Assembly (NCBI RefSeq): GCF_001194135.2
Contig: NC_068983.1
Location: 99,211,079-99,275,078, forward strand
DNA: 64,000 bases
Source of the DNA: Octopus bimaculoides
Taxonomy: Eukaryota
Direction of reading: 5' to 3'
Position numbers and translations under genes: made by a program. The notes under the pieces are model-generated. The model had not been told where the DNA came from, searched no databases, and saw nothing but the letters and a program-made list of their open reading frames with translations. Within the stretch, counting starts at the first letter, position 1. Each line of letters begins with the position of its first letter. Below are positions 37,575-51,510 of the stretch, in pieces.

Positions 37575-37797
37575 TAACATACATTTGTGTTTGTCCCACC
37601 CCCACTGCTTGACAACTGGTGTTGGTTTGTTTATGTCCCTGCAACTTAGTGGGTCAGCAAAAATAATGGATAAAATAAGTACTAGATGTAAAAAAAAGTA
37701 AGTTCTGTGGTTAGTTTGTTCAACTAAACCTTTGAAGACAATACCCCCAGCATGGTTGCTGAGGTATTGACTGAAACAAGTGAAAGATAAAGACAAA
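37575..37797 (+). mobile_element. SINE family 1 body
   Basis: GTTTGTCCCACCCCCACTGCTTGACAACTGG..GACTGAAACAAGTGAAAGATAAAG. Confidence 0.75.
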
Positions 37798-37879
37798 ATA
37801 ATTTGTGTAATGACTTGCAGTTACTCTCTAGTTCATCACTTTGACCATTGTGAGTAATAGACCAACTTAGGTTAGGCAT

Positions 37880-38225
37880 GGCTCCGAGTTCAGTATCACT
37901 ATATGGCACCTTGGGCAAATGTCTTCTACTATAGCTTCAGGCCGACCAAAGCCTTGAGAGTAGATGGAAACTGAAAGAGTTCTGTTGTGTGTGTGTGTGT
38001 GTGTGTGTGTTTGTATTTGTCCCCCACCACCACTTGACAACTAGCATTGGTTTGTTTATGGCCTGTAACTTAGAAGTTCAGCAAAAGAGAATGATGGAAA
38101 ACATACCAGGCTTAACACAAAAGAAAAGTACTGAGGTCAATTTGTTCAACTAAGCTCCTTCAAGGCGGTGCTCTGCTATGGCCGCTGTCCAATGACTGAA
38201 ACAAGTAAAAGACAAAAGATAAAAG
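37880..38225 (+). mobile_element. SINE family 1
   Basis: Partial head, (GT)n linker and body 1 ending GAAACAAGTAAAAGACAAAAGATAAAAG. Confidence 0.8.
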
Positions 38226-39059
38226 CTAGCTGTAATAGTTATCTTTTAAGTGGGAATACCGTTAATGTGTTTTTAATGTTTTGCTTTACTGTTAACAAAA
38301 GACTATATCTTTTGGTTTTAAGTCATTATTGATTTCACTTATTAAGAGATTCACAAGCTTAATGTGTTATTTAGTCTCTATATACTTATATATAGAGTGG
38401 TGTAGAATGATATAGGCATGGCTATATGATTAATAAGTTTGCTTTGCAACCATTTGGTTCTGGATTTGATCCTGCTACATGGCATCTTGGGCAAGTGTCT
38501 TCTGCTCTAGCCTCAAGTTGACCGATACAATGTTAGGGGTATTGGTAGGTGAAAACTACAAAAGCTTGTTGGAATTCTGTGTGTGTGTTTGTCTGTGTAG
38601 CCTTGCAGTTTCTCAAATAGACATTGATAAAATAAGTACTAACTGAAATATTGGGGTCAGCATGCACAAAATAAAAATCCTTTGAAGCTGATCTCTCAGC
38701 TGACTTCCTGAACCCAGCAAAAGAATATATATTTTTACACACACACATGCACACACACACACACNNNNNNNNNNGTTGATTTCTGTTCCTAATGCCAACC
38801 ATTTTACAGACTGTACTGCGTGTTTTTTTATATAACACCAGCACTAGTAAGGTCACCAAGACAAGGAAAAAAAAAAGACCCCTGACTGAAGTGGGGTTGT
38901 AGTAGAGATGGCTTTATGCCAGGTGTTGAGAGGCCAAAGTGTGATAGAGGGACAAGCTCAAGTGTCTTGCTATGAGGGGATANNNNNNNNNNACACACAC
39001 ACACACACACTCTCACTCTCTCTCTCTCTCTCTCTCTCTCACCCCTCTCACATCCACAT

Positions 39060-39405
39060 ACATTTATCATCATCATCATCTAACACATGTCATTTAACGT
39101 AAGTCTTCCTTGCTGGCATGGGTTGGATGGTATTACAGGATCCAATGAACTGGAGGACTGTGTTGAGGTCTCATCTGTTTTGGCATGGTTTTTATTTGTT
39201 GATTTCTGTTCCTAATGCCAACCATTTTACAGACTGTACTGCGTGTTTTTTTATATAACACCAGCACTAGTAAGGTCACCAAGACAAGGAAAAAAAAAAG
39301 ACCCCTGACTGAAGTGGGGTTGTAGTAGAGATGGCTTTATGCCAGGTGTTGAGAGGCCAAAGTGTGATAGAGGGACAAGCTCAAGTGTCTTGCTATGAGG
39401 GGATA
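39060..39405 (-). mobile_element. SINE family 4 / RTE-type element
   Basis: (ATC)n tail, GGCATGGGTTGGATGG, CCTAATGCCAACCATTTTACAG; related sequence at 50878-51200. Confidence 0.7.
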
Positions 39406-39764
39406 CGTGGTTACCTTACATTATGTAAGGGTGGTTGGGAGTAGATGGAAAGAAGATAATGATGATGAGTCAGCATGACCTCTCAAGGTACAAGAAGGTG
39501 GGTATAAGAGAAAATATGAACATGCATTAGGGAGGGTAGGGTGATAAATTCATTAGAGTGCAGGAGGAGAGTGATGATTAGAAATAGTTGTAGAGGTGAA
39601 TGTAGTGAGTGGAACAAGGGTGGAGGTGTGGCCGATTGCAAATATCAGTATCCCAAGTGGAAGATGAAAGAATAGAAGTGGTTTGGGAAGGAGCAAGTGA
39701 TAAGTGGCAGAAGGGAGGAGGATAACACTAACAAACCATTCTATTATCATTCTGGTAACTATAC

Positions 39765-40275
39765 TTTCAGGTCATTCTCCTCCGCTGCTAATTAGGTCAC
39801 CTAGGTAACAGGAACTATTTACTACCTCTGGGGAACCTCCTGGGCATTTGAGACAATTTATTTCCCATACATTTTTAGTGTTTATTGTTCCTGCACATCT
39901 ACCACATACAAAGTCTGCTTCCTCTGTTAATCTTCATGTCAATTCCACTGCATCACTTATGTGTCCATAGCTTGCAATGAGTGCACCATATGAAATTTCT
40001 ACCTAAACCATTCCTAGATCTTGACAGGACCATTTACTGAAGTGGGTAGAGCGCTGTCTGTTTTCCTGCAAAGTTAACTTTACAATCCTTTAATTCAAGG
40101 TTTTGTTTCCACACCTGGAATTCCTTGTCTAATTCTACTACAAATTCTGCAATAATAGGATCAAGGTCATCAGCATAACTTAGCAAAGACCAAAGTTCTA
40201 ATTCCCAAGGGCAACCAGTCTTAAATTCCTGTTTTAGCCTGGAGGGCTGTGACAAATAGAGGGTACTGAAAACCA
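39765..40275 (-). mobile_element. RTE LINE reverse transcriptase fragment
   Basis: ORF 40034-40276: FKTGCPWEL..SYADDL..FQVWKQNLELKDCKVN, with the YADD catalytic motif; aligns with 27480-27924. Confidence 0.85.
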
Positions 40276-40403
40276 AACCCTGGTGGGCTAAAACTGTTAT
40301 GATTTAAAAAGCCAAATTTATTTCTATGATGTAACATTATTTTGCAATTAATGCAACTTAGTGATTTCAGTCACTAGATTGTTCCCACGTTGTGGTGTAG
40401 TCA

Positions 40404-40842
40404 TTAATTTAGCATTTAACCCTTTTGTTACCATGTTTCTGTTGAGATGTTCTGTTTCTTTCAATTAATTTTAAATATAACAAAGAATTTAGTAAAATAA
40501 CTTAGTTATCATTCAGCTAGTGTTAGGAACATAAATTGTGACCAAGGTTTGGTGGAAGATTTTAATTCAGAACTTTTGAAAACAAGACATTTGTACTACA
40601 GGGTGAGAGGTGGTTTCAGCCTGGTTGGTAGCAAAAGGGTTAAACTGCCATATGTGGCCCTAATATTTGACCAGTTTTATGTTCATACTGGCCAGGTCCA
40701 GTCTCTCATACCAATCCTACAAGGTCATGCAATAAGCAATTGCATCATTGAAGTCATGAGCTGTGAGATGATGCAGGATTAGTTCGAAACAATTTGAACA
40801 AATAACCATTGCATTAGACAAAGTAATCTGAATGCTAAAGGA
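40404..40842. mobile_element. MITE family A split by a family B insertion
   Basis: TTTAGCAT|TTAA [B] TTAA|ACTGCCATAT reconstructs the family A start TTTAGCATTTAAACCGGCCATAT; ends TCTGAATGCTAAAGG. Confidence 0.75.
40420..40639 (+). mobile_element. TTAA-targeting MITE family B
   Basis: TTAA|CCCTTTTG...CAAAAGGG|TTAA: TSD at 40416-40419 and 40640-40643, 8-bp perfect TIR core. Confidence 0.9.
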
Positions 40843-43093
40843 TTAAATGTTTTTATCATCCCAAATACTTGACCGGTTGTTATTTCAAGGGCTTCAGAAT
40901 GTAAACAAACTGTATGGGATTTGAAGTCAGAGCTTAAAGAGTCAGCACATAATACCAGGAGGTATTTTGTCTAATATTCTATTGATTCTACCATTCACTG
41001 TCCCAAATTAAAAAATCTAAACATTCTTCTAAACAAAATATTTAAAATTATCAGTCTGGAATTTTAAACCAAAAGTTAAAGTAACACTTCTAATTTTATA
41101 CTTATTAATTTTCTGAGAAAGTAAGAATTTTAAAAAGGAAGTAGATAGTTTGCATTTTATTTCTAGCAATCCCATCACAGTTTATTAACATTCCTACTTT
41201 CCACTAAATGAAATATGAATATACATTTTGATAGTAATTTCAGTTTTATAACCAAATTATATGAAACTTAATTATATAAAAATTAGGCACCCAGAATTAC
41301 TCTGGTTATTTTCTATCATTTCAGAGCTCTGTGACAGTCTTGACAAAGACTGAAAATATTGTAACTAAAATCTTTGAAAAGTAATAGTGGTAGTAGCAGC
41401 AGTAGCATTTCTTTTTCTCCTGATTATCATCCAAGCTATGTTGCGTCTTAATAATGTAGCATATATATACTTGTGTAATGAATCTGATATGTCTAGCAGC
41501 AATGATTTCTATATGTTACTATTTTCTTTTACTCATGGAGTTAGTTGTGAGCTTAAACTGACTTTCTTTGCTCTTCGTTACATTAAGACTAGTATAACTA
41601 TTATAACCCCATTCTTAAACTTTGTCTAAAATAATGTAAATAAACTGAATAATTAACTGGTATTGGCATTAGGATTGATATCTCAACAGATCTTCATTAT
41701 AAATATTATCATAAGCTGTAAATTTTAAAATAATAAATTACAAATTAAAAACAGATGCAGTACATGCACTGGTTTAATCAGGTGAAGAACTAAATGTTGA
41801 AGACTGTAGACTATTCCAGTATTTTGCTGGAGGGTGATACATAAGTTTGTTGCTTAGCTGGTTGAATTGATACTGGTAAGAAAAGATGTGTTGTGTTTAG
41901 GGTGTCTGTAGGATAGGAATATGATGTGAAAAGTATATATGGATGAATGAAAGTGAAAATTTGTGCTGTGAGAGGTTTTGCAGTAAATGATGAGCAACAT
42001 AAGGAGGTTGATCTCACAGATTAAGATGATAAAAAATCAGGAAACACAAAATTTCAGCATTCCATGCTTGCATAAAAGAAGCAGAATTTAAAACTAGGAT
42101 GTGGATAATGATAATGATGATGATGATGATGATAATGATGGCAGACTTGGTATAATTTTCAGCAACCATTGTTACTGTTATTATTTAAGAAACAAATATG
42201 AAATCAATCCTGTTACTCTCAGCAGCTGAAATATCTAGGATAAATAAAAATATTCTATATGGAATTGTAATCCTTGTTTGCATCAGGATTTTTTTTTTCT
42301 ACTGCTAGTGAAAATATTTATTAAATGCTCTGTCAGCATATATAAGTTTTATAATAATTTAGACAATTATGACCAAATTGGTTAAGTTTTAAAGGATGTG
42401 GTGAATGTTGCATATGTGATGTTTACTAAATGATTTTGTAGTGCATTGCTATGACACAGTTGAAGTAAATATCAGTGTCACATGATCTTGCTACTTATGG
42501 AATTTCTGACTTTCTCTTAACTTCCTCTCTTTAACATCTAAAGTATCACTGGGTAAGAATGGGAACTCCTCTATCAAATGTTATCTTAAATACTCAGATG
42601 CTGTTCACAGATTTATTGTGTCAATAAATAAAATCTCTTAAACAGCCAGTTATCTTTCTTTTTTTGTCTTTAATTGTTAAGTTACTGATTTCTTATACTT
42701 TGTTACTTTCTTAGTTAGCAGTCAATTTATATTCAATTTTCTTAATTAAATCTGTTATTTTGACTAGTTTCAGTTTGTCACTCTTCCACTTCAATACTTT
42801 GCTGCTTCTTTCCATATTGTGTTTGCTTTTGAAATATTCCACTTTATTTCCCATATACATTCCATTTTAAGCTTTCTTGTCTAGTTGCTAACAGATACTA
42901 CTCCTACTCCATGGACAAGTGTTTAGAGATAAGAGAGCATTTGGTTAGAAAACACATTAGTATAATAATGACCATCATTGTTTAAGCATTTATTTTTTCC
43001 ATTGTGGTTTTGATTAAATGGGTGTGCAAGACAACTTCTCTTATATATTTATCCTATGTCAGCTTGGAGATATTTGTCCTTTGTCATCTAGAT

Positions 43094-43282
43094 CATTGTT
43101 CTGCAACCTTTTTTCACTTGCGGTACACTTATGTTCTTTTCAAAATTTTGCAGCAGATCTGAACTAAAAATATAACCAAAAGTATAGGGAAAAATATTAT
43201 ATTCAGGTTACACTGCAGCACACCTAGCATTGTCTTGTGACACACCAGTGTGTCATGGCATACCAGTTGCAAGAGCAAGATG
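43094..43282. mobile_element. Degenerate hAT/Charlie-like MITE
   Basis: CATTGTTCTGCAACCTTTTTTCACTTGCGGTACAC...CACACCAGTGTGTCATGGCATACCAGTTGCAAG. Confidence 0.45.
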
Positions 43283-44129
43283 ATGTTTGACCTGTGTCAG
43301 CTTGGAGATAAGATACAATGTTTTTAGATCTGATTTATTTCTTCTTACTCTTTGAAAGCATTTTTTTTCTCACTCAGAAATTTTAATTTTTCTTACATTT
43401 TTGTTTCTGCTATAGGCTTTCCCTAAAGTTTTTGATGTTGTCAATTCTTTTTCTCCACTCACTTGAAGCTAATCTATACCCAGAGGATTAAACTCAATTC
43501 ATAACTGATAACTGTCACTTTTTCTTGCCATATCTTATTGCATCAGATTTATAACATATACTTTGTTGAGTGTCTCTTTCAAACAGAAAAAGGAACTAAG
43601 TTACTAACTGGGTTTTTCATTGAAAATTAATTTGGTGTGGAGGAAGGAGCTGTTCCCATTCCATGTACAGACCTTCTGAAATTGTTGAGATCGGTATTGG
43701 TAGTGTCCTGCTTCAACTGTTGCAAGTTGACAGTTGCAAAGAAATTTTGTAGGAAGGAATTCTAGACTGCCAGTATTCTGGGAAGCAAGGCTGAGCATAG
43801 TGGTTAGTGTTTCAGTCTTGGTGAGATGGATACTATACAGGTGACAAGAGGAATAGAGAGATGTGTGGGTTAGAAATGCCTGAGTGGAAGTAACATGAGA
43901 TCAGTTGGTTCCAGGAAGCAGAAGCCACTGGAGTACAGATTGAAAAGCAGAAATAGGAGACTTCACATCTAAGAGATAGAGACTTCCTAATGATAATCCT
44001 TAACTGTTTTTCAAATAAGGGATCTCATATTTCATGCAGCTTTGAAAGCATGGAACAAACAAGTAATTTGACAAGATAAATGTTTACATAAACATTGTAT
44101 GAATGTTGCAACTTTTGAATAAGTGAGCA

Positions 44130-44405
44130 CAAATGTAAATAAACTGACACTCTGTCGGTTACAATGACAAGAGTTCCAGTTGCTCTTATCAGTGGAACAT
44201 CCTGCTCGTGAAAGTGGCTGAGAACTCCACAGACACAAATACCATTAATGTAGTTCTCAGGGAAATACAGTGTGACAAGACTGGTCCTTTGGATTACAGA
44301 TACTACTGACTCTTGTCAGCTGAGTGGACTGAAACAATGTGAAATAAAGTGTCCCACTCAAGAACACAATGCATTGCTGAGCTGAATACTCTAACCATTA
44401 AGGCA
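44130..44405 (-). mobile_element. SINE sharing the family 3 head
   Basis: CAGCTGAGTGGACTG..GAAATAAAGTGTCCCACTCAAGAACACAATGC; aligns with 59195-59450. Confidence 0.7.
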
Positions 44406-45069
44406 TGCATCTTCATGCAGATAAATATTCACACAAGCACACATATATGATGAGCTTTCTTTTAGTTTCCATTCACAAAGCTTTGGTTGGCCCAGGGATG
44501 TATCTGAAGACATGTATGGTGCTGTGCAGAGGAACTGAACTCAAAATCACATGGATTGAAAGCAAACTTTTTAACTACAACAGCCCTGTCTGTGTCTTGA
44601 GAGAAAATGAAAACTGTTAGGCTATCATTAATAATACAGGGGAGATAAATAAAAAAATGTAAAGAGATAATTGAAGAAGTTTACATTACTACTCAGCAGA
44701 ATAACCTTAATAGATTCAGAGGCCTTTGTAATGGTCTTTATGACTTTCATTATGGTTGATATAATATCCTCTCCAGCTGTATATTGCATTCTAGTCTTCC
44801 TATGTTAAAAGATATAATGTCAGAGGCCTTCATTCTTCTTTCCGTATAAACATGAGATGGGACTTGAGGAATTATTAAGGGTATATGTTTTACAAACCTT
44901 TCTTTCAGTGTCTTAAAATATTGAAGATCTTTGTTTTTTCTTTGGACACATCCTTTTAAGGTAGTTAAAAGAATTTTTTTGTTGTTATATTTCCAAATAT
45001 CTCTTTACATGGCAAGCATATTAAGATTGTCTCATTTAGTGGTTGAAGGAATATACCCAAATTTCATAT

Positions 45070-45327
45070 CCTTGTCGTCGTCGTTGTTGTCATCATCATT
45101 GTGTCAATATCTACTTTTCCTTTCTTGCATGGGTAGGATGGAATTTGTTATAATGGATTTTGTACAGTTGGATGCCCTTTCTATCATCAAACTTCATCTA
45201 TTAGCTAATAAGGCAATATTTCACCATTTTCAGACATGTTTTTACGGAATATTGTAAACAAAGGACACCATTTGTGTGGTGGTGACATGCATTTTATAAC
45301 TGTTACATGAATTCAAGGCAAGGAGAT

Positions 45328-45385
<58 letters not shown>

Positions 45386-45545
45386 TACAGGCTTCTTTTA
45401 GTTCCTGTCTACCAAAACTAATCACAAGGCTTTGGTTGTCCTAGTACTATATAAAGAGTGAGATTGCCAAAGAGTGAGACTGAACCCAAAGCCATGTGGT
45501 TGGGAAGCAAGTTTCTTACCACATAGCCACTCCTACAGCTGTATT
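45070..45545 (-). mobile_element. Composite SINE: family 1 head + (GA)n linker + body 2
   Basis: Head 45380-45545, (CT)n 45331-45378, body 2 45070-45330. Confidence 0.7.
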
Positions 45546-47015
45546 CTTGTGAATATAGTGGAATTTTTTCCTTAGTGGTGAGGGCTAAACAGTGACCCAT
45601 GGTGTAACTCCAAAATTTCTATAACATGAATACAATAAAACAAACTGATCTCTTTGAATTGTTGTTATAAAAAATTTAGGTTATAAAACCTATAATGACA
45701 TTGTACTATAATACCAATTTGAATGTTAACTCTCCTTTTTATTTTTTCATCTGAGTTGTCCATTGAGCAAAGACAAATAATCAGTCCCAAGCATTCATGG
45801 AGAAAAGCAAAATACATTCACGCATATGTATGCATACTCACTGAGGAAATAAATATGTATGTTTACAGCTCTTTTAAAACCGTGGACATACAAATTGTCA
45901 ACACTCTCAGCTTGGTATTCTTTCAAAATGGAAAATTTATAGATTATTCATTGAAACTATTATGTTCACTGCTAAAAATAATCAAAAAGAAATGCAAAAA
46001 TCCAGAATAGTTAGAACATGGAAGAAGTGTTGATTTATTAGGTGTATCTGAGTGTGTGTCATTGTGTTGTGGTGTATTTATATGTAATGTGTGTGTGTGA
46101 ATTTGTGTATTAAATTGACATGCACACCAGCTACAGGAGTGCAAGCGTATCCACACACACACACTTACATTATAACCAATTTGCATATCCTCAAGCCCTG
46201 AAAGACCCTTGTCACTTTGTTAATGATTGGTTTGAATTCTGAAAAGTAAAAATTGAATATAATTTAAAGAATAAAAAACATACATGGTTTTACTAAAACC
46301 GCTGTACAATGCAGACACAACAGACCAGTAGAAATCAGTTCTCCAACTGGCATTAACAAATGTTAAGGATATAAGAATAGGAAAACATCTATACAGAATT
46401 AGTGATACATCTGTGGATATAACACTTGGTCTATAGCTTTAAGTTTATACTTGTAATTATTGAGGAATTTGATTATGTAATTAACTGCCTGACTAGTAAT
46501 CTTGAGAATTTAAACTTCACAAAAACCAGGAAGGACTCAGCTCTCATAAGGAAATTATAATTATAAACCAGAGATGGAATTGTGGGATTATGTGCAGCAT
46601 TCCAGATGTTTAATCTTTTGTATGTACAAACACACAAGTAAAGCTAAGATATATACTAAGTTGAGAATATTAAGCTTTTTCTCAAACAAATACTGTGTCA
46701 TGATTAGTGAAAATTATGAAAACTTTTTATATGCTATATTTGTACGTTCATATCCTGAAAATGCTGCCTATTATGAAAATCTGCTACCTCTGTGCTTTTC
46801 ATATCAGAGGAAAGCTGCTCTGGTTTTAGCATCTTTCATGCATTGTAAAGGCACAAATCATATAGGATTAAAACATATCACACATGCAATAACATTCATA
46901 CACACATACCTATCAGTTATGCAATTATATGCATACACACATACATACCCTACTTTATATTATATTGAACAAGGTTTCATTTCATAAATGGTGGCCTAGA
47001 GTTGAATAACATGTA

Positions 47016-47018
<3 letters not shown>

Positions 47019-47080
<62 letters not shown>
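47019..47080. repeat. (AC)n microsatellite
   Basis: About 31 perfect AC units. Confidence 0.97.
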
Positions 47081-47082
<2 letters not shown>

Positions 47083-49106
47083 TAGCTATTAATATATGAA
47101 TCTGATACTTTACATTTATATAAAGTAGATATAATCAGAATCTCTGTATGTCTTGTGAAGTCTCAGATTCACACTTTGAAAGATCTCCAATATGCAAGCC
47201 TGGGAAAAGTTTTTGTTATAGAATACCAGCAGTGTATGTGTATGTGTGCGTGCGTGTGTGTGTGTGTGTGTATTTGTAAACAACCTTCTGGATGACTAAG
47301 TTTTTATTTTGAATAAATTTTAACATAAGGTTTATCAATTTATGCTATATAGAAATCGTTACTGAGAATCAAGTCTGAAATCCATGGTAAAACAGGAATA
47401 AAGTAAGTTGAAGTAGATATTGATACACACTTTAAAGATCAGTCTTGATTTTTAGTGTGTGATTTTGTAAATCTATTTCAGAAAATTAAGAAAACAGCAT
47501 GACAATGTTTTCTTCATTTTCTGAATTAGATTTTATTTCAATATATTAGATTTTGTCCTTGTTTTATAATTGTTTTTTTTAGTGTTATTTTACAACACTT
47601 CACTGCACTTAATCTTTTTCCACTCCTAGTTTTATATATACAGCTGAGGCTATATAATATTTCTATTAAGTAATGTAAAAATTCAAAATGAATTGCCATC
47701 TAGTGTTTTAGTTCCTTGTTAGTTAAATAGATATATATCCACACATATTGTCTGAGTTGAACTTCAAATTTATTATTTGCATCTATAGATTCTATTATAA
47801 GCTTAGTCCAATAATATATCTACATTTATAGAAACCTCTCCAGCTATGGTAGCATTAAAAAAAATGAATATGAAATCATCATAATTTTGTAATGGATGTA
47901 CATTACATGCATTATAAGTTTTATGCAGAATAGATTGCTATACACATATAGTGATTATCATTCACTGCCTGTAAAGAGAATCAAAGTTCAGATCAAAGAC
48001 TGTGTAGATTTTCTTTCTATCTTTCACTATATCTGGTCTAGTGAGTTCATATTTGGGAAAATTCTTGATTAGAACATTCCCTTAGCTGAAGAATGTAGGT
48101 AGATTCAGTGGTGGCACTTTTCATGCTTATACTTTCTATTGTGTATTGTTTTCATGACAACAAAAAAACAAATCTCATATAAAAGATTGAATTGATGATG
48201 TTTTTTTTTGCAACTGCTGAAGTTACATATGACCTTTTTAGATTATGGCACAATAGACATCTTCCAGTCTCATCTTAGGGGCTCGGAAGCTTCAGTATCT
48301 TTATTTTATTTACAAAGTATTCTGTAGCCATATTTTAATCTCAAGATTAGAAAGAAAAAGAAAATCTTCAAATTGTGACTTGATATAATAGTAACTAATC
48401 TTCAAGGAAACTGACAATCCTTGTCCATGGATAATTTTCAAGTTTACTGAATAGATAACCTTGAATAACTTTTGGTATGCATATTTCTCCTCCTCGTTTG
48501 TAATAAACTTTTATCTGTCTCACAGATCTGAGGTTGCATAGAATATTATCAGATCCTGAGTACCTTTTTAGAACATGTGTCTTTTACTATTTACACATTG
48601 CATTTAATAGCTGTCAGGATGGATCCTAAGCCGCTGTTTCTTTGTTTATTCCTGAAACACTGTCTGCTATTGATTATTATGATGAGAAAGAAACAAAAAT
48701 TATCTTAATAAATTATCTTAATGATAAAAATTGAGTGGAATGTACAATTTCCTGTAATTCAGACTGCTTCATGGTCCCAGCAGAGAAAATGAAAAAGGTA
48801 TTGCCCTGGAAGATGGCAAGGGAGATTGTTCATGTTGGATATAGTCTTGTCTATCCCCAAGTATTTGTAGTTTTTTCATTGTTCAAGACAGAAATAACAA
48901 GAAAGGTCAATGATTGTGATTTTCTTTCTGGTTCTAAACTTCCTGAATTGACTTATATAAAAATGTTCTGGACACATTGCATTCTAATAGTATGTAAAGA
49001 GGCTGTAATCATGTCAAGCTGTTATTTTGTACAAATTTTAAAAAATAAGTTAGTTAGATCACAACGGCAGGCAGGACTACCTTTCACTATTCCATAACTA
49101 ACTTCC

Positions 49107-49140
<34 letters not shown>

Positions 49141-49931
49141 CATTATCTGCAAGATATCTAAAAACTGCATTAATGACTTGCATTATGTACATGAATAGAA
49201 ACCTTGAGGATATCCTGCAACAGTCATGACAACCTAATCTTTCACAACTATTTATTTAATACTGTAAAATCACAAACATGTATACCTCTCACAAACACAC
49301 ATGCATTTTTAAAGTTCTCATAGTTTTTGTCTTTATTTAGTTAGGTTTCAGTACAAATATTGTTTCAGTTGTTGCTTAACTCCAGCTTATCTTTAACAGC
49401 CACACCTATGACATGTAGGTAGACAATTGAATGACTAAGTGTGATCTACAGATTAATTGATCCAGATATTTTGTACTGCTATCTACTGGAGGAAGATCAT
49501 ACTATACAGTTTAACATACAACACCTTAGTACATGAAATACAAATCTGATGGTGTGAACATGTTGCTTTTCTCCACTGTCAAGCCTATTGTTATAGTATT
49601 AGTGGCCAGTGACCAGACTTTATCAGAGTGCAACTGTTGCTGTTTCTCTGCATTTAACATCGGTGATGTGCACCTCAGCATAATGATTTGGGCTAATGAG
49701 ATTAATGATGCTACTACTATTTTTGTATCTCTTTTGCATTTATGTGAGCTGAGTGGGTGGGAGTTATTAGATTTGTAGGATTGTTGGTGAGAGTCAATAA
49801 CATAAAACTCTGAAAAGCATACAATACTTTAGAATGAAAGTTTGTATTTTGGCTAGCATTTAGGGCATGTTTACTCCACAATATCTCTACATTTTCATTT
49901 AATGTTAGGTTGCTATTAAAAATAGATGTAA

Positions 49932-50145
49932 CCCTTTAACATTCAGATTATTCTGTCCAATTAAAAATCTTATTCACATTGTTTTGAATTAATCATACAA
50001 TATCTTGTAGCTTTGAGATTTTGATGATGTGATTGCATATTTTAATAGCATTGTCAGGAAGGTGTGAGAGGCTGGATCTGGCCAGTTTGAACATAAAGCA
50101 GGTAGAATATTTGGGTTGGATATGGCCAGCTTAAATGCTAATGGG
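49932..50145. mobile_element. MITE family A
   Basis: GTAA|CCCTTTAACATTCAGATTA...AAATGCTAATGGG|TTAA. Confidence 0.85.
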
Positions 50146-50357
50146 TTAAGGTGATCTTGGCTTCAGTGAAAGCAATGGTTACCGAGAAACTTAATCATTG
50201 GTTAGTCATTAATCGTATGATTCCTTTAGGAATATTGTAAAAATAATTTCATGAAGTCTGTGAATATAATTAAGATAATACTATGTAAGTGGCAATAATG
50301 TTTTAATAAAATGAATATATGAATATTCCATAAAAATTTCCATAAAATGAATATATA

Positions 50358-50755
50358 GGCGCAGGAGTGGCTTTGTGGTAAGCAGCTTGCTTACCAACTA
50401 CATGGTTCCGGGTTCAGTCCCACTGCGTGGCATCTTGGGCAAGTGTCTTCTACGATAGCCTCAGGCCGACCAAAACCTTGTGAGTGGATTTGGTAGACAG
50501 AAACTGAAAGAAGCCTGTCATATATATGTATATATATGTGTGTATGTATGTTTGTGTGTTTGTCTCCCTAGCATTGCTTGACAACTGATACTGGTGTGTT
50601 TATGTCCCCTGTCACTTAGTGGTTCGGCAAAAGAACCGGTAGAATAAGTACTAGGCTTATAAAGAATAAGTTCCGGGGTCAATTTTCTCGACTAAAGGTG
50701 TCGCTCCAGCATGGCCGCAGCCAAATGACTGAAACAAGTAAAAGAGTAAAGAGTA
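50358..50755 (+). mobile_element. SINE family 1, full-length reference copy
   Basis: A-box-like TGGCTTTGTGG, B-box-like GGTTCAGTCCC, (TA/TG)n linker near 50520-50560, body 1, (AAAGAGT)n tail. Confidence 0.9.
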
Positions 50756-50877
50756 TATTTTACTTTTATACTAACTCTATGTAAAAGAACAATCATAAAA
50801 GTGTTGATATTAGTGATATACACTCACAAACACATATGCACACACATACACACTCACACACATGCTCACACACACAC

Positions 50878-51198
50878 CACCACCATCATCATCATCATCC
50901 TCTTTTCCATGCTGACATGGATATGATGGGTTGACAAAAACAGTTTAGAAGCCCCAACAGGTTCTGTGTCTACTTAGGCATGGTTTCTGCAGTTGGGTGC
51001 CCTTCCTAACACCAACCACTTAACGGAATATACTGGGTGCTTTTTATGTGGCACTAGCATCGGTGAGGTTGCCAAGTACCCACAAGATAAGACCTTTCAA
51101 CTGAGTGGGATATAGACTTGAGGAATAAGAAACTATGATAGAGGGGCAATGGCAGGGGCAGGTGTCTTGCTGAGGAGGTGAATACATGGCTTGCCCAC

Positions 51199-51200
<2 letters not shown>
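50878..51200 (-). mobile_element. SINE family 4 / RTE-type element
   Basis: (ATC)n tail, GCCCTTCCTAACACCAACCAC, CACTAGCATCGGTGAGGTTGCCAAG. Confidence 0.7.
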
Positions 51201-51230
<30 letters not shown>

Positions 51231-51457
51231 TGGGAGAGAGGTGGGTTGAGAAAGAGATGCGAGGATCAGGTACAACATGAATATGAGACAGAGTAGGATA
51301 GAAAAGCAGAAAAGGTAGAGATGTAGACAAGTACACTGAGTGAAAATAGTGTGATAGATTATTAGAGACAGTGAAAGAGTTGGATGCAAAGGTTAGTGGT
51401 TCAGTGTATGGGGAAGTGAAAGAAATAGTGTAACATGGAAGAATGGGTGTGAGAAGA

Positions 51458-51507
<50 letters not shown>

Positions 51508-51510
<3 letters not shown>

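Noticed and set aside
38775-39405. Identical 208-bp duplication (38775-38982 and 39198-39405)
   Set aside because: The first copy is a tiny contig bounded by two 10-N gaps; very likely an assembly artefact.
48242-49097. Exon-like pieces (DYGTIDIFQSHLRGSEAS, DLRLHRILSDPE, DCFMVPAEKMKK) and ORF 48735-49097
   Set aside because: Phases do not chain consistently and no protein was recognised.
50358-50440. tRNA gene
   Set aside because: A/B-box-like head with no convincing cloverleaf; it continues into a multicopy SINE body.
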